A DNA stretch of 63,218 nucleotides, filler included, from Octopus bimaculoides (lineage: Eukaryota): assembly GCF_001194135.2 (NCBI RefSeq). It is 4 parts of 4 records of this genome, joined end to end, with 100 filler letters (N's around TTAATTAATTAA, not from the genome) between each part and the next. Parts side by side here need not be neighbours in the genome. Positions count along the whole stretch, not along the records: positions 53,333 to 63,218 come from NC_069000.1; 3 more parts are not named here. One strand, 5' to 3'. Positions 60,802 through 63,218 of this stretch are shown here, one piece after another. The notes below the pieces were generated by a model. That model had not been told where the DNA came from. It did not search any database and was given only the letters and a program-made list of their open reading frames with translations. Every line of letters begins with the position of its first letter. Positions within the stretch are counted from its first letter, which is position 1. The translations under genes and the position numbers were made by a program.

Positions 60802-61208
60802 ATATATGTATGTTTGTATGTATGTATTATGTATGTATGTATGTGTGTGTCTATGTGTGTGTGCGTGTCTATGTGTGTGTATGCATGTATGAATGAATGT
60901 ATGTATGTATACATGCATCTAGCACGCTGCGAAAGAAATGAGATGCTCAATGAAATATCAGTGAACTCAAAAAAACTAATTCGGCTTGACGCCATAAGGG
61001 CTGCGCTGCACGTCCAATATTCGTTGCAGGATTTTTGTGCCGTTTTTAGTGTTTTGTTTTATAGTTATTTTGTATGGCTTTGTGACAGAAAACTTTTCTG
61101 TTGAGCCTCCGAAATTGCGAGTGAAAAACAAAAACACACATTATTCTCAGGCCGAAGGTTTGGCCCAAATGGTTAGAAACAGAGTAAACATGATTCGAAG
61201 AATCTAAA

Positions 61209-61295
61209 AGGCGAATATGGGCGTATATGTCTCCCACATTTATAGTCTTTTATATATGTCTCCCACTTCTATAAATGGGCGAATATGTCTCCCAC
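61209..61295. repeat. Degenerate 29-bp tandem repeat with conserved core atatgtctcccac x3
   Basis: Core at 61225, 61254 and 61283. Confidence 0.8.
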
Positions 61296-61395
61296 TTTTA
61301 CAGAAGTCATTGAGATGTGTCTCTGTTATTCCTATTGCAACTAGGAGAACTGAGGCCAATGCTGCCGTGTTATTCGCTCGCATGGTCGATAATTA

Positions 61396-61521
61396 CCGTA
61401 TTTACTCGTTTATAGCTTGCACTAATTTATATTTGATTTTAACCAAGATTTGACATTAAATTGATTTTAACCAAGATTTGACATTAAATTGCGGGTGCGA
61501 CTTATACACGAGTATCTACGG
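61396..61521. mobile_element. MITE, 126 bp, pogo/Tigger-type TIRs, TA-flanked
   Basis: TA|ccgtatttactcgtttatagcttgcac ... gtgcgacttatacacgagtatctacgg|TA, with an internal 28-bp tandem duplication. Confidence 0.8.
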
Positions 61522-61999
61522 TAATGAACTAATGAAATACTGAGGTTGATTTCTTTACTCTCCCCTCCGCCTCTCTCTTCCCTCTTCTCTCACTTCTCTC
61601 CCGATCTCCCTTACCTCCCCTTCTCTCGCCTATTTCTCTCTCTCACTTTCTCTAAATTGTCTTTCTACCTAAGAGAGTAGCATTCATAGCGTGGCTTTTC
61701 GTTGAAAATCGTTTTACACCTCACACTGTAGACACGACAAGAAGAAGCGAAGACTGAGTGTAAAATGGTCAGATATTTTCATGTATCACAAAGCGTTATA
61801 ATTGTACAGTTAAGGAACACACTGCACAATGTAATTAAACGTCTGTTTCCTTCATATTTCTTTTTAAAGTCCTCATATTAGTTTGGTGCAGGAAAAACCA
61901 CTTGGTACCGTATTTGATGTCATATAGTAGCCTCAACCATTGTTTTGCATCACAGACAAGTTTCTTGCAAGTCAATATACATATATACATATATGTATG

Positions 62000-62070
<71 letters not shown>

Positions 62071-62074
62071 ATGT

Positions 62075-62120
<46 letters not shown>

Positions 62121-62472
62121 GTGCGAGCACGCACACACACGCACGTTCTTTTTCCAAAATATGGAATAAACTGTTACCACCTTTCTGGAATTTTCTCAAA
62201 ATAACAGAGAATTGTTTTTCCGTAAAAGAAACATATTAAAAAAATCAGAAAACAAACACAATTATGAATTTCTGTGGGCTTCAAAGCATATTTTTTAGAC
62301 TCGACATAAATATACTATTCACGTATGCGAAAACAAGGGTATACATACATACATGATGCATACGTGCATTCATACACACATACATACTTACACATATACA
62401 CACATACGTACATACACACGCGCGCGTGCACATACACACACACATATATTTTTATATCTATCTATCTCATTC

Positions 62473-62570
<98 letters not shown>

Positions 62571-62571
<1 letters not shown>

Positions 62572-62924
62572 CTGCAGATGCCAAACCAGCAGGGGGACAC
62601 TGCTGACCTCCCCTGTTCGAAGGTTATAAAGGACACAGGTTTCGTGTGTCACATAGCTAGCTAGAGGCGATGGCTTCTTGGAGCTAATTCACGGCAGCTT
62701 TCGTCCTAATTTTGGNNNNNNNNNNNNNNNNNNNNNNNNNNNNNNNNNNNNNNNNNNNNNNNNNNNNNNNNNNNNNNNNNNNNNNNNNNNNNNNNNNNNN
62801 NNNNNNNNNNNNNNNNNNNNNNNNNNNNNNNTTTGGGACTGCCATGTTGGCTTGGCGATAACTATTAATTTCCAGTACCGCTGCCGTAGTCTCCTTTAGA
62901 GAGACTTAGAAATATTAATAACTC
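62571..62924. repeat. Unclassified young repeat, copy 2 (split by a 116-N gap)
   Basis: Identical to 21076-21308; (TA)n on both sides; tttgg is repeated on both sides of the gap. Confidence 0.85.
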
Positions 62925-63039
62925 TATATATATATATATATATTGCTAATATCTTGAGAAAGCAGCTGTATATACACATTAGTATCTTGCTATTAACATA
63001 TGTTAATAGAAACATAGCTACATGCGTACATGCATACAC

Positions 63040-63097
<58 letters not shown>

Positions 63098-63218
63098 ACA
63101 TTATTCTGAAACTATCCTACGATGAGCAGTCAGCCAAGTTGTGCAATATAAATATATCAACATCGACTTCATCTGTCTCCCCCTCCCCCTCCTCTTCCTC
63201 CTCCTCTTATTCTTCTTG

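Overview
AT-rich, microsatellite-saturated animal DNA from a gapped draft assembly. The repeat families and (CA/TA/GA)n density suggest an octopus or other coleoid cephalopod; this is recognition from memory, not a database result. Only one host protein-coding sequence is well supported: a divergent innexin whose coding body is a single exon (28019-29168, +). It is preceded by a splice acceptor, and its ATG exon was not found. Most other interpretable sequence is transposon debris: at least four tRNA-derived SINE families, R4/Dong-like RLE LINE fragments sitting against (TAA)n tracts, an L1/Tx1 fragment, RTE fragments, several Penelope-like elements with inverted termini and hammerhead-like cores, a DD37D (maT) relic, a Merlin relic and three MITE types. 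Most second-look candidates are structural: an N-glycosylation sequon in innexin extracellular loop 2, a tRNA-head/Penelope-tail composite with hammerhead-like motifs, a ~250-bp fold-back palindrome joined to a templated 72-bp copy, spacer-SINE-spacer-SINE-spacer arrays at two loci, (TAA)n-nested LINE stacks, and a 233-bp sequence present as two identical copies 41.5 kb apart. No rRNA, genuine tRNA gene or CRISPR array is supported. Repeat boundaries were read by eye and are approximate to tens of bp unless stated as exact.
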